The position numbers and the translations under genes are program-made. This document shows positions 35,663 through 48,900 of a stretch of 64,000 nucleotides of DNA, piece after piece; position 1 is the first letter of the stretch; every line of letters starts with the position of its first letter. The notes under the pieces were generated by a model. It was not told where the DNA came from and made no database searches. It worked only from the letters and a program-made list of their open reading frames with translations. This stretch comes from Hydrolagus colliei (taxonomy: Eukaryota): NCBI GenBank assembly GCA_035084275.1, contig CM068759.1, positions 3,286,001-3,350,000 of the forward strand. The letters run 5' to 3'.

Positions 35663-35937
35663 CAGCGGTTCTCAACCAGGTGTACAGGTGGCAGAACACT
35701 GATTTATTTGACTCTCTTATTTAGCGTTTTATAGCCATCCAAAATGTATATTTAATTGTCATTCCCCTCGCTTTGTATGTGCTGGTTATTTTGTTTTAGA
35801 AGAAAAGCTTGGTCATAAAATGCAAGTGGAGTGAGGGAGGTGGTGGGTGCGTGTGTGTGTGTGGTTGGGGAGAGGGCACACGATAATGTTGAAAATGAAC
35901 AATGGGTACATTACTGAAAAAGGTTGAGAAACCACTG
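35663..35937. mobile_element. Non-autonomous hAT (Charlie/MER5-like) MITE
   Basis: TIRs cagcggttctcaacc / ggttgagaaaccactg; 8-bp TSD ccttaggg / cctcaggg (7 of 8 identical). Confidence 0.85.
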
Positions 35938-36057
35938 CCTCAGGGTGATAGTATAGAATGGTAGGAGGTGTGGATCTCTGCCTTGGAACACCGCATATAT
36001 ATCTTATGTTGCAGATCAAACCTTAACGTTGCCGATCACAACGTTGTCGAGCCGCTT

Positions 36058-36180
36058 TAATAATAATAATAATAATAATCCTCGCATTTCATATAGCACC
36101 TCGCCGTGTCTTCCAGACGTCGCACAGCGCATTGCAGAATATACTGTAAAGCGGTTTGACTCTGCATTTTTGTGGGCGCA
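36058..36180 (-). mobile_element. SINE 3' fragment
   Basis: (TAA)n atcctcgcatttcatatagcac...cagaatatactgtaaag. Confidence 0.8.
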
Positions 36181-36520
36181 ATGATGCTGGTCTGAGTGCA
36201 TTCCAGTCAAGAAGAAAGAAATCTTATCAGCAGGTGTATTGTACACAAGCCAACCGCCTATTTATCACGCTGTCGGCATGTCCATATCGGTGCCAAGCTT
36301 GGTCCACACCGAGTCTCCAGGCACCAGCTGACAGGAATGGTAAATTACCCACTAAAATCGCTGGATTCTTCATCCTTCAAGTTCAACCCACCATGTACAC
36401 AGGGAATTGCTATTACCGTGAGAAGAGTAAGTCACCCAGGGATTGTGTACTTTTTTAAGAGCTTTTGGGCCCACGCACCGCTATCTTCGCGACCCTTCTC
36501 TTTGACAAACACAAGCTCAC

Positions 36521-36647
36521 CTTCTGTACTGTGCCCTCAGTTCTTTGATCAGCGGAGGCAGTGCCGAGACCCCTGGGGATCGAGAAGGAGAGCCAGACAA
36601 ATATCGGGAAGAGAGTCCAAATGACTCTGTTCCTAAGTACTGTGCAT
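36521..36647 (-). other. Candidate exon (127 nt)
   Basis: Acceptor tttctactgttccag, donor AAG|gtgagc; two frames open; the acceptor tract abuts a CR1-type tail. Confidence 0.25.
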
Positions 36648-36654
36648 CTGGAAC

Positions 36655-36745
36655 AGTAGAAATTTACAACATATTTGGAGGGCCATTCGTCCCTTATGCC
36701 TGTGCTGGTTCGCGGAGCAAGCTATCCATTTAGTCCCATTATCCT
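36655..36745 (-). mobile_element. CR1-type 3' end fragment
   Basis: agaaatttacaaca..ggagggccattcgtccctt.tgcctgtgctgg. Confidence 0.6.
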
Positions 36746-36883
36746 TTTGAACTGGAGATATTTACAGCACTGAGGAAGGAGGTTTAGTTCCTTAACTACC
36801 CCTGGGCAGAACTAATGAGCGGAATACATTTAGGACTAGTGCAATTTGGACCCACAGTAAACAATCAGTGTAATACGTAGTAA

Positions 36884-36941
36884 TTGGGATGTTCTCCTGA
36901 CGTGAAAGATGCTTTACAAGTGTAATTTTGTTATTGTTGTC
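36884..36941 (+). mobile_element. L2 tail only
   Basis: ttgggatgttctcctgacgtgaaagatgctttacaagtgtaattttgtt. Confidence 0.8.
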
Positions 36942-37698
36942 GTGGCCTATGTCATTTGCTCAAAATGTTAGGACAATTTAGAAATTTCCACGTGTTAGGT
37001 GGGATGCTTGGAATTCTCACCTTGGATTGGATATTGTTAAGTGAACGTGTCAAGACACCCGGCTGATCGAAAAAACAACTCCCTTCCCTCACAAAACAAG
37101 ATGACCTTGCAGCTCACGCTAATTTCCTGAACAGCACCTGATTTGGAACTCAGTGAACTGTCTCCTCTGTTGCACTATCTGCTGTCGCAGACATGAGGGT
37201 AGAAGGATTCAGGAGAGAAATCCCAACCTTTCTTTTCTGAAAACAATGAAAGAAAGAAAGGAATAAAACGCTGTCGACTGTTTCCTTCGGAGGTGCATTT
37301 CAATTGCCTTAAAATAATCACGACTTATTCGAGTTCTTATGCTGACTGTATGCAGGCACTATAGCACAGGCCCATGTGATTTACGATCAACTGTACAAGA
37401 ATAATTCCAAATTAGAATGATTTATTTTTAGGATGCAAATTGTCTTGTGCATTTCTTCTTTTGTTTTCAAAATAAACGAGTCGCGCGACATTTCTAAATG
37501 CTTTCACCAGAAAGTCCTGACCCACATTCTCGGGAGTCTGCTGTGTTGACAGACAGTTTGTAGCGCGACTTATGTTCTCTGGAGAAGTGTGAAGCCATGT
37601 TCACAGCACTACTTTCAAGGTTTCAATCAGACAGCTGTTCCATGTGACCACTCGTTCATCTTTGATGAATCATTCATAAAGAAGAACTCTGATGGTAA

Positions 37699-38038
37699 CT
37701 CCTGTGGGCTCAGTGGTTACAGCACTCGCCTTGCAAAGCGTGAGTGAGACCTGTATTCGAATCCAGGCAGGTCAGGGCGAAACCTTGGGCAAGTTTCCTT
37801 ACTCTACACGCCTAATAATAATCCCCTCCGAAAAAAACCCAACAGTAAAAAAAAATTGGTCATTTCAATCCACGACTGTTTGTGGGACACTGCTGTGCGC
37901 AATTGGCTGCCGGGTTTCGCCCACAAAAATATACTGTCAGTTCACTTTACAGTACATATTCCGTGAAGCGCTTTGAGACGTCGATAAGATGTGAAAAGCG
38001 CTATATCAAATGCAAGGATTATTTTTATTATTATTATT
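37699..38038 (+). mobile_element. tRNA-derived SINE, full length
   Basis: A-box, ttcgaatcc B-box, complete body and tail, (TTA)n. Confidence 0.95.
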
Positions 38039-40280
38039 TGACGAGGGCAGCCCTGCTTTTGACAGCCAAATGGAGATGTGTTATTTACATACAACAATTA
38101 GGGGTTTTTTTTGCTCCTTCCAATGGTAACTTTTACATGGTAACCATATGAGGTGAAGGCACTTCACATTCAAACTCAAGGCGAAAGCAATCTGAAGTCC
38201 AACTACACACGTTCAACTGAATACCATCCGCATGAGAGAAATCTGCACCAATACTACAGCATGTTTCTCAATAGCTTGACAATGCCAGAGGGCTGGGTCA
38301 TAGAGGGCACAACGATGACAATCACCTCTGCGTAAGAGTTTCATGGGAAAAGATGAGACAGAAATCTTCGCAACTCAATGATTTAAGGTTGAATCCATCT
38401 TTTTTTTTTGCCAGATCACAAATTTAAATAAATTGCTCCATCGTCAGTTAAATGGCTTCAAGCCTGTCCTTTATTCTGAAATACCTGCAGCCTCTTTAAA
38501 TGTGCTTTATGCCCTATTCTTAGTTTGGAGCATTGAGGAACATTTTTCATGTCTATTTCTTCAACTCTTTTGTCTTTTCTGGGTCAAAGCACCTGTAAGG
38601 TCACCTTTTCAATTACATTACGAGAGCAATGCAGATGATCACAGCTGAAGAAAAAAAAAGTCATCCCATATTCAGCGATAACTCAATCTTGGAGGAAAGA
38701 ATAAAAATATGATATAAGCCTGTTTCACTAGGACTTTTTGCACCTCTGAACTCTGTGATGCACAACTGCGCTGCAGAAATATCTGAGGTCCCACACAAAA
38801 TAATAGATTTTCTTTATTGCTCATCAATATTCGTGGGCGATGAATGATTTGCTTGTGGTAATTACAAACCATGGGCTATTTTCTGGTCTAAAAAAACAGC
38901 AATAAAAACATTCCGACTCTCATCATACTTAAGTGCACAAATACAGAACCAACGCTAACTGGCGTTTACAGAAATGACCTTGATTTGGCTGTTAAGTTCT
39001 CAGCTTTCGGCTCCGGGCACTCTAAGTTATAACTCACTCTGTCATTCCTACACCCCTCTGGGAAATAGTTCACCACTATACCCTTCAGCTTTCAGTCAAT
39101 ATTTGTACACAGTGTGTGCGTTCTATTCAGAAAATTTCAAAATTCTTATTGCATTATATATAATATAAATACAGTATTGTGTATATATAATACTGTACAT
39201 ACATGGAGCTCTGCTTCAAATTCATCAATAGACCTAGTTTCTCAGGTTCTAACCTGGGTTTTGATTGCATTTAATCAGTTCTCAGGAGTCAAAATTTAGG
39301 CTGACCTCTTGCCATTTCTGCTGACGTATGAAAGAAATTACAATTGTTACGCACTTTAAACCCTATCTTCCTATCAAGAGGTAGCGCAAATACAATGTAA
39401 AGAAATCTCAATTCAATTTGATGTCGGCCTCCAAAAAAAACACACACACATTGCCTTTCACTGTTTCATGGATGTGTACGTGCGTCCATTGCAGGTCACT
39501 GCACAAGTTAAATGAACAGCCTCGTAAAATGCAGGAATAATCCAACTAAGATGGGTCCAATTTCCTAGTAGCAGTGCTCTAAAGTGAAATGTAATCAAAA
39601 CTGCCCTCTGTGCTTTCCGAGCGCGCCCTCTCCTTTCTGCCCCCGAGACCTGAGGCAGGCAGACATCCCGCGCTTTTAAAATGGTTTTCTTTCATTACAA
39701 TGCAAGTATTCCAGGAACCGGCTTGCTCCGTAAAAGTTATCTGTAATCTAAATCGAACACATGGGATTTTGCACAGGAAATCGTCGAGTGTAATGAAACA
39801 TCAGGCACAAACGGCTGGGGAAAGGTGCCAGCCGGCTGCCAGGTCACTTCAGAAAATGAACTCAACAGGCACAGCCTCAAAACTGTGTTTGTCCTGAATA
39901 GCGCGAGGTTTTGCATTCGAGAATTATTTTCCCTCTGCTTGACTCACACCGTTAAGGATAAATAAGGTGAAGACACCCACATTAGTCTCTGATTCTTATT
40001 CCTCCCTGAGAAAATGTCCAAGGTTAACATGGTGCATTGCAACCTTTCTCTTTTTTAAGTCAGCAGCATTGTAACTCTGGACTGGTTGGTCAGAGATAAA
40101 GAAGCTTGGAGTTGGCAGAGAGTTGATAGCAAAGGGTTGTCTGCCGTGCTCATGCCTAGGGAATGCTGTACACAGGATAATCCCGACTTCTGGTACAAGA
40201 TAATTAAGTAAAGAAGCAGCAAGCAACATGAAATGACTTAAAAGCAAGAGTGAAAGAAAGACCTTCAGTTGATTGATAAT

Positions 40281-40400
40281 AAATAATAATAATAATAATC
40301 CTTGCATTTTAATATTAGCAGCTTATCACGTCTTTCAGACGGCTCAAAGCGCTTCACAGAATATACCGTAAAGTGAATTGACTGTATACTTTGCGGGAAA
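40281..40400 (-). mobile_element. SINE 3' fragment
   Basis: (AAT)n ccttgcatttt...ctcaaagcgcttcacagaatatac. Confidence 0.85.
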
Positions 40401-41921
40401 AACACCAGATATCTTTCAACACAGGGGCATGCACTTCAACTCACCAAAGCTAAATTCATCCACATTGCTCGGGTGCTTAAAAGATATTGAAACAAAACCT
40501 TGACAAATTTTTAACATGTTACCTATTTTATTTATAGATATAGATTAGTGACGGTCGATATCAGAATATTCTAGAATGCAGAAAAGCTGATAATTTGACC
40601 ACAACAACACCATCTGCCTATGATCCTGTGATCTATAGGTTTTAACGTGAACTCAATTTACTCCCTAACTACAGCGTGCACAGTTAATGCGTTAAAGAGA
40701 CTTGTAGTTCAAGCAATTTTGCTCGAAATTTCTCTAAATGCTGCATTTTGAGAATCATTACATTCACTTAAGGCACAAAATGCATTTCCAACCCCATGGG
40801 ATTCCACTCTGTTCCCAGGTGTTTGGCATTTGGCAGCGATCACAGGGCCATTTAAGCTGCGTTGACAGGCAAAGCATGGTTCACTACCCTGTGTTCAAAA
40901 GGAACAAAATATCAAACCCATTAGATCCTGATGATCCAAACACATTTACTTAACTCAAAGTGGCACTTTATTTACCACCGAGACAGAAAACTAAGAATGA
41001 AGAGGTTTCTAATCAAGTTCTCCCACAAAGCTGTAATTCCGAGGTTTGCATAATGTAACCATGTTTGGATTCAGTCTTTGATTCTTTACCTACCAGGTTT
41101 GAGAAGGCTGCAGCCCTGACCTTTCCTTAACACACTATTCACACAGTTAGTTTTGTAGCTTGTTCCTATCTTAATAATAAAAACATGATAATGCCGTTTC
41201 CTGCTCAGAATATGAAACGCTTGTGAATCGATGTGTGGAATTCCACCAACGTTAACAAAGTTTCCTGGTAAAGCCAAATGAAAACATTCCAAAAAGGAAA
41301 TCAGCAAATTAACGGGCCGAAAGAATGCCAGACAGAACTTGATCGTGCAAAAATTCAAGGTTGCATTGATAGTTATCAGAACGCTGAAACACTCACGCAA
41401 TTTAACTAGAGTACATACACAGCTGAGCTGTCATTGATATCTGGGGAAAAAAAGTACAGTCATCAAAATTATCCTACAAAATGATCACTACATTTCACTG
41501 CAAATCCTGTGAAGCACTTTGACACGTTCTCCAAAATGCGAAGGATAGTTCATTAAATACAAGGATTGTTACTATCCAGCCAATTTGTTGGCAACAAGCC
41601 AAATTAACAGGACGTCTCTGCTGATGAACGAAGGCTCCCGATCACAGGAATTCAGCAACTTATTCCTGGGAAAGTCAGGGCTGAATTCCCAAAGGTCGAA
41701 ATACCGTTTACCGTGCGCAATAAACTTCCCGCTAAAGTATTTTCTCTGTTGAGTAATTGAAAGTTATTTCAAATCACACAAAACACATCGGCCCCTTTCG
41801 ATTTCTCTTCAAAAGCAGACAGATTTGAGTCAGCCGAGAGCAGGTGGCAAAACACAGTTAAATGGACAGTGCTCGATCAGGATAAACTCTAACTCAGATA
41901 TATGGTTAAGCGCCATTCAGT

Positions 41922-42120
41922 AGATTCATAAAATCCTACCGGCGCAGAAACAGGCCATTCGGTCAATCTATTGGTTTCTATATACAATTCCACTCACTTC
42001 ACACTCCCCTTAATTCCTCCTTTTCAAGCATTTGAGAGAGAAGGTCAAAGAGGTGGGGGGGGAGGGATGCAGAGGAGTGAAGGGATTTGAACACAAGAGT
42101 GAGGATCTTGAAATCGAATT
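41922..42120 (-). mobile_element. CR1-type 3' remnant followed by an L2 remnant
   Basis: cagaaacaggccattcgg (CR1-type end); gtgaaggg.tttgaa...gtgaggatcttgaaatcgaat matches L2 'RIEFKIL'. Confidence 0.55.
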
Positions 42121-43788
42121 TATTCAGTCAGGATTTATTCAGCTTTAAAGCCTAAAAGAATGTGGATTTAAAAATAAAATAAAAACCTGATCTGGATTAG
42201 CAAAAAGCAAATACGCAGGTCTGTCCTTTACAAGGTGAGGCTTCTCGGTGCTAGCAATATTTTCCCACTATCTAAATTGATTTAAGTGCCCCAGGATTGG
42301 TATGAGTGCATTTGATGTACAGTAAAACTCCTTTGTTCCTGTGATGTATCTTATTAATTCTGACAGAGCCACCCTCTTGTATTGTCTACTGTGCCTTTTC
42401 TTTCTCACACAGTAAACATCCTTGGATGAACAATTTTCTGCTGTGGGTTCATGCCAACTCAAAATGGAATGAAAGTGCCCAAACTAATTTTACATGAATC
42501 TGAGCAGTCGGAGAGAAGAGACTTTCATCCCCTGTGGCCACAAATTGAACCCAAGTTACAGAACTGAAGAAACAGCATTTACCTCTCTCTCCTCAAAACA
42601 ATATAAAACTCGCACTTAATTTTAATACAGATAGCAGGTCCACCCGAATCCATATAATAATGCCAGGAGCTAATATAGAAATAGGTTAAATGCTTAATGG
42701 GGCTGAGAGGTTTTCTTTACAATATAAACGAGAGGGACATTTGAATCTAAACTGGATCCAATCAATGAAATTAATTTAAATGAATCCAATTCAAGTCACG
42801 GTAGGCTCAGAAATCAATTTAATAATTTCCCAATCTAACACACAACATTTGATACCTTCTCCGGCCCTGAATTGTTGACAATTTGAGGAACAGCAACTTA
42901 GCGGGAGCACTGACAGACATGAATGAACAGTTTAGAAGGAGAGTGACGTGTCGAGCTTTGCTCGGTGTGGAGGAAATTTAGTTTGTGGTACGAATACTCA
43001 ATTCAAAATGGATTTGATGCAACAAAATAGCCTGGAAAAAAAATGAACAGCACATATCTTTCGGGGACCTTCTTTTCCCCCACCCAACCCTCCAGATTGG
43101 CCTAAACAAGCTCAATTTGTTAAAATTCATAGTCTCATTACTCATGTGTACTGGAATTGTTCTTTGATTCAATGCTCAGGCAGTTTAAATGAACTGCAAT
43201 TTTTAACTAATAGGAACGAGTTGCAATTAAAGGATAGACTGTACTGTTTTGCATATCACACAACACACTGGGGCACAGAGTACAAGGAACGACTGGAAAA
43301 CAATCTGACAGATGCAGCCTTTGATTGTTCCCTCCCTCCCACCCCCACAACCCCCCACTCTCGCCTTGCTCTAATCACAGCGCTGCAGCATTGATTCAGA
43401 ACACGCCAGCCCATGAAGAATGTCACCGTTTTTGTCGATGTCACTGGATCTATTCGCAATTTCAGCTCTCGCTGGATGCACACAAGGGTGATAAGGCACT
43501 ACATCCTGCCATGCTCAGCAGGTTTTTCATTTCCTCTTGCAATTACACATCAAACTGTTTTAGCTTCACACGCTTCTCCAGTCTAAATGGCCTCAAGGCT
43601 CAGGCACTGACTTGCACACTGATGAAATCTCTCCAGAGCACGTTTCAAAATTAAGTACAAAGGGCTTTGAAATTGAAGTTGCTGATTTCTTTTAAGCTTG
43701 GTGCATTGGTGCTCAGCTCCCATACTAACCCCATTATAGATGATTTTTCCCTTCAAACATAATCTGAATTAATCTGCAGATCACAGTA

Positions 43789-43840
43789 TGGGGGGGGGGG
43801 GGGGGGGGGATGGGTTGGGGGTGGAGGTTGGGGTTGGGGG
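43789..43840 (+). repeat. Poly-G tract with G-quadruplex potential
   Basis: Run of about 21 G plus further G3+ tracts. Confidence 0.85.
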
Positions 43841-45109
43841 AGAAAATATTGTATAAATTGGTCAAAATTGGTTCATCTCATCTCTTGTTAAAACCCTGTT
43901 GCTTGGTTTCGAAAACCGGAAAATGTTAGCTGGCTCATCAATGTTCTGCGTTTACATACCAAATTTTCTTTCAAGTTTTATTACTACTAATAAATTTAGG
44001 GAAAGAATCCCAGTTTACATTACCTTCCATCTAAATTAATGCACAAAAACAATAATAGTAGCTAAGTAAGTGTGAAGTTTGCAGTTTTAATAGATTTACC
44101 CTTTCAAGACTTCACATTTAAAAATGCCTCAGGGAACAATTTTTGTGTAGAATATTTATAGAATGTTATTTAATATGGGTAAACGTGGAAAATTGTCTCG
44201 TGCATGACCACGCGTAAAGGGCACTCCTGTATGTAAATGCCAACTTGTTATTGCCGTTGTTGCATTACAACTCTTCCTGCAATTCTCTAAATGAAACAGG
44301 AACATGTTGCTTGGCTGCACTTAAATAGAATCTTTAGATTTTTAAAACCAATAAGCAAAAGAAATCAAGCTCAGAATCCAAACACATTGCTTTTTGTTAA
44401 ACTTTAGATCAAGTTAGTTTTTTTTTATTTTGAGAAAGCAACTACTCCTCCATCGTTAATGTCCCAGTTACAATTGAGTAGGTGAAGTGTCAGTCAAAGT
44501 AAGTCAACTGACATACACCAATTAATCACATGTCACCCATTAAATAATGGATTCCAGCAAGAAAGCATTCAGTAGAATGCAAATCAGCATGTAAACACCA
44601 AGTGTGTCGCTCCTTTTGACTATTTTAGTTCACAGATTCTTGATGACCTGTGAAGTGAGTTCCTTGAACAATGTTGGCAATAATCTACTTCTACTGTCAA
44701 CAGGCTTTCACGACAAGAAAGGCCATGTTTGGGGCCCTGAAATTTCTCTTTGATTTCTATTCAATTGCCACGTTTTGACATTTCTAGCTACACTGACACA
44801 GAAACAGTGAAATATTGAAAGGTTGCTATCGACTATATATGCTGTGTTGATGCACTGAATATATAGAATAGGAAAAAGTGCTGGAGGAAAAATAGTACAG
44901 TACCTACATAGAGCTTGTACAATTTACAGCAATGCATTTGTTAATGTTATAAATAAGGACACAAACAACTCAAAGCAAAAGAAACAAGAGATACATGACT
45001 GAATGAAAACTTGCAATTCTCATTAAATTTGATGGAAATGTATAAGTAAATACATTTCAACATATGCTTCATGAGTCTTCAATTGTCACGTTTATCAAGT
45101 GAACAGAAC

Positions 45110-45255
45110 TAAATCCACGACTGTTTGTGAGACACCGCTGTCACATTTCACACAAAAAAGAGTTAATTTACTTTACAGTATATTCTGTGAAGCGCTTTGA
45201 TATATCTCAAAGCTGTGATAAGGTTCTATATAAAATGGAAGGATTATTATTATTA
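45110..45255 (+). mobile_element. SINE 3' half
   Basis: aatccacgactgtttgtgagacac...gtgaagcgctttga...ggattattattatt. Confidence 0.85.
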
Positions 45256-45264
45256 CTATATATA

Positions 45265-45464
45265 CAATAAAAGACTGTTTATCCGGCACCCTCAGGACGT
45301 GGCCAATGCCAGTTAAAGCGCCTGCCGGATATTCGGCCAGAAACGCAAAAAAAAATTAAAATGCTTTTTTCCGGATAAATTCCGATTAATTGAATTTTTT
45401 TTTTGCCATGCTGGATAAATGGAAGTTACAGTTGACCGGGTGCCAGATAAACGGGTTTTTACTG
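45265..45464. mobile_element. Tc1/mariner (pogo/Tigger-like) MITE, 200 bp
   Basis: TA|caataaaagactgtttatccggcaccc ... gggtgccagataaacgggtttttactg|TA; internal ccggata sub-repeats. Confidence 0.85.
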
Positions 45465-46014
45465 TACTACATTATCTTAGCGCCAATAACACGGGGTAGA
45501 CTCCTGAAATATTTAGTCCAACTCTTCTCTTCCTTGCAAATTGCAGATAAAAGAATGTGCTGACACTTACTCAAAACTCATAAAACTCTTTCAGTTGTGA
45601 AACACAAATGACAGCTTCTTGGAACTCTCATTAATTTTGTGTCCCCTTAATGTCACATTTTAATCTGGATAATTCTTCATACCCTTCATTATTCCGCCAT
45701 TGTTCGGCATTATTTTGTCAGGCATCAGAAACATTTCATGCTCTAAGTCTTTCCTCACCAGCAACCCTCCCTCCACCACCCCTCCCCACCTCCACCACCG
45801 CCCTCCCCCCAAAAAAACAACGGTCATTGGCATTAAAGTGGTTTTCCCCAAAGAAATTTGCATAAATGATCAGGATTTGCTGAAGCCTTCTGCTACAGGA
45901 TATGCTTTGAACTAGTGAATTACATCCATAGCACGTTGCACTTAGCAATGCACTTAAATCCAATCTTTAGCTCGGAAAGATGTATGCTGTATTGATAATA
46001 ATAGTAATAATACT

Positions 46015-46405
46015 AAAAAAAACCTTCATATTTGACAGAATGCCTTTCATGTGAGGAGGCCAGCTAAAAGCACTTGACGGGAATTGTTGTTATATTCGGT
46101 GGCTGTGGATTTTGTCAGTGAATCCGGCAGGCAATTTGTGCACAAACAGCCATGAAGTAAATTAGCAGTTTTTAATCCACTGGAAGAAACTCTTCTCTTT
46201 TCAAATAGTGCCGAGGGATCTTTCACGTCCATTGAACAGGCAGGTTGGACCTCAGTTTAACATCTCGTCCAAAGGATCTCAGACAATGCAGTGATTCCCC
46301 AGTGCCTCACTTGAGCAGCAGCCTAGACATCATCATTCAAAATTTCCATGTGGGGCTTGAACTCACAATCTTCTTACTCAAAAGGTACAGTTTTACCCAC
46401 TGAGG
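46015..46405 (-). mobile_element. DeuSINE, near full length
   Basis: caaatagtgccgagggatctttcacgtcca...cctcagtttaacatctc.tccaaagga...gacaatgcag Deu domain; inverted tRNA head cttgaactcacaa...acccactgag. Confidence 0.85.
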
Positions 46406-47479
46406 AAGTCTGACAATTTTTGTCGCATTACTGTGAATGCCAAGTGATGCAAGTATTTTTCTTTTTTTGGCATCATAATGACACACCCAAACATTGTGCT
46501 GAGCGTTTGGCAAATGAGAAAATACCTTCAAACACTTTAGCTAAATTGGAATTGCGTGTTCGGGATAACGCTTTCTTTAAGGAGATTAACTTTCAAATAC
46601 CCCGAGGCACGACAAATATACCACGTTTTGTCGCTGATGAATTGGAGGAAGATTAAAGATGAGTTCCATCAAGGACACAAACACATTTTTTAAAATTAAT
46701 TATTACATTTTCTGTCTTTTGCCATGGAAATGACATAATTTAGAAAATACATCTGCCGTCGACACTGCAGAATTGGGACCACAGTGGAACTAAGGTGAGT
46801 AATTATGTATAGTATAGTTTTTTTTCCCAATCAACTAATAGCTTACTTCCTGCTGAGTAGATGCCATTTGATTGACTTTGCCTTTCCCTGTCACTTTCCA
46901 TGTTGTAGGTTTTCCAACTAGCTTCCTGATCATTTTGATTGCCGAATCATTTTTGTCCGAAGCGACGTGAATGAAATTTGATTTGACAGCAATATCAAAA
47001 TTATTCACTAAGAAACCAGCTATTTTAAGAAAATCACTGGTCAAATTCTGGCCTGGTGCCAAAGTACAAACAAAAATGTAGCATAGAACGCTCAATCTTT
47101 CTCAATTGCTTAAAATCAATGGGAGTGATCACATAGGCACAATGCACATAGATGTACAAACCAAATAAAAGATTCTGAACATGACAAATAAAAATCAAAG
47201 GTGTAGATTGGCAGGTTACAAGGAATTCCCTGTGCAATTTTTCAATTTCAAATGATATATCCATCAGACCAAATCTGTGGAGAGGGAATTTTTGTTTTTT
47301 AAAAAAAGCATCATAAAAAATGTATTATTGTTAATCTCACCACCAGCTTCGTCATTTTTTCAAGGATGTGTTTTTCTTTCAGCCAGTTCAGAATTAATTC
47401 CCACCATGTTTGGTTTTAATACACAATGGTTTGCTTGAAGGTTAGTGTTGTTAAGCCTGATTTTTAATGGCTTTCTTTT

Positions 47480-47800
47480 ATAATAATAATAATAATCCTT
47501 GCATTTGATATAGCGCTTTCCACATCTTATCAACGTCCCAAAGCGCTTCACAGAATATACTGTAAAGTGAATTGACTGTATATATTTGTGGGCGAATTGC
47601 GGCAGCCAATTGCGCACAGCAGTGGATTGAAATGACCAATTTTATTATTGTGGTTTTTTTGGAGGGATTATTATTAGTCGTGTGGAGTAAGGAAACTTGC
47701 CCAAGGTTTCGCCCTGACCTGCCTGGATTCGAACACAGGTCTCCCCAGCTTGGTCTCCCCAGCTTGCAAGACAAGTGCTCTAACCACTGAGCCACAGGAG
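47480..47800 (-). mobile_element. tRNA-derived SINE, full length, young subfamily
   Basis: Reverse complement of the 18285 copy, including the ggtctccccagc duplication. Confidence 0.95.
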
Positions 47801-48159
47801 CTCCAAATTTTTAGCCTACTAACTCAAATGGGTCTAAAAAAAAAACTATTATATTCTGCATTCTCTCTCCGATATCACACAATGGACTACAATCTCCCAA
47901 CTCTGAAATAAGTACGTACGATAATTTATTGTCCGCCCATTTCTCTTCCATGGTTGTTCAATACATCTTTTGTCCCCCTGCATGTGCCAGACACTCCCGG
48001 CCCTCCAAAAATACATTTTTTTTGCTGAATTTCGTGAGCCGTGCAAATTGCATTTTTCTTTTCTTTAATACCTTCATTCGAGCTGTGAACTGGTCAGCGC
48101 AGGAATAATTTGAGGGCCCTGGTGAGAAACCAATCATTTTGTTGAAACTTACACTATTA

Positions 48160-48572
48160 TAATAATAATCCTTATTATATAATGTGATATAGCACTTTTC
48201 ACGTCTTCTAGATGTCTCAAAGCGCTTCACAGAATATACTATAAAGTGGGTTGACTGTATATTTGTGGGCGTAACGTGGCAGCCAATTGCGCATAGCAGT
48301 GTCCCACAAACAGTCGTGGATCAAAAATGACTAATTTTTATTAAAACTTGGATTTATATAGTGTCCTCCATGCCAGGCGGCATCTCAGAGTATTTGGCAT
48401 TGTATAGTTTGGTACAGTATAGTGCTTCACATTATTATTGGGGTTTTTTGAGCGATTATTATTCGGCGTGTGGAGTAAGGAAACTTGCGCAAGGTTTCGC
48501 CCTGAGCTGCCTGGATTCGAACACAGATCTCACGCTTGTAAGGTGAGTGCTCCAACCACTGAGCTACAGGAC
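48160..48572 (-). mobile_element. tRNA-derived SINE with a nested L2-type tail insertion (~48345-48430)
   Basis: SINE halves flank aacttggatttatatagtgtcctccatgccaggcggcatctcagag. Confidence 0.9.
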
Positions 48573-48639
48573 TCCTACCTGTAGGACTCCCAACAGATCA
48601 TTCAGTGCTTCAATCTATACTACCATATTGAATGAACTA

Positions 48640-48900
48640 CATTCTCCACTTTAGTTGACTCTTCCGTATAACTCCAGCACAGATGTCACTCAGGCCAGTT
48701 TGGCGGCAATGGTTGATCAAGTGCCAACATTTCTTGTTAACTTAACAAGAATATTTCTCATTTCCAATGACTTCCACGTACTCTCCACAGCATTCACCTG
48801 TAGATCTGGCTCTTGGAATACTTTTCATAGCTGAGTACTTATCAGTTAATACAGCAGCCCTAGTAGAACAGAAATTGAATAAGCGAAGGACGAATGCACT
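48640..48900 (-). mobile_element. Ancient non-LTR RT fossil (domains 0-1)
   Basis: AMKSIPRARSTG..G..VE, then with frameshifts ILVKL, KCW and PLPPNWPE; compare 'ALK.L...KSPGPDG...E...L..LFN.CW....P..W'. Confidence 0.4.

Noticed and set aside
46744-46794. 51-nt + strand exon-like segment with AAG|gtgagt
   Set aside because: The acceptor tract is poor and the peptide unrecognised; such pseudo-exons are expected by chance.
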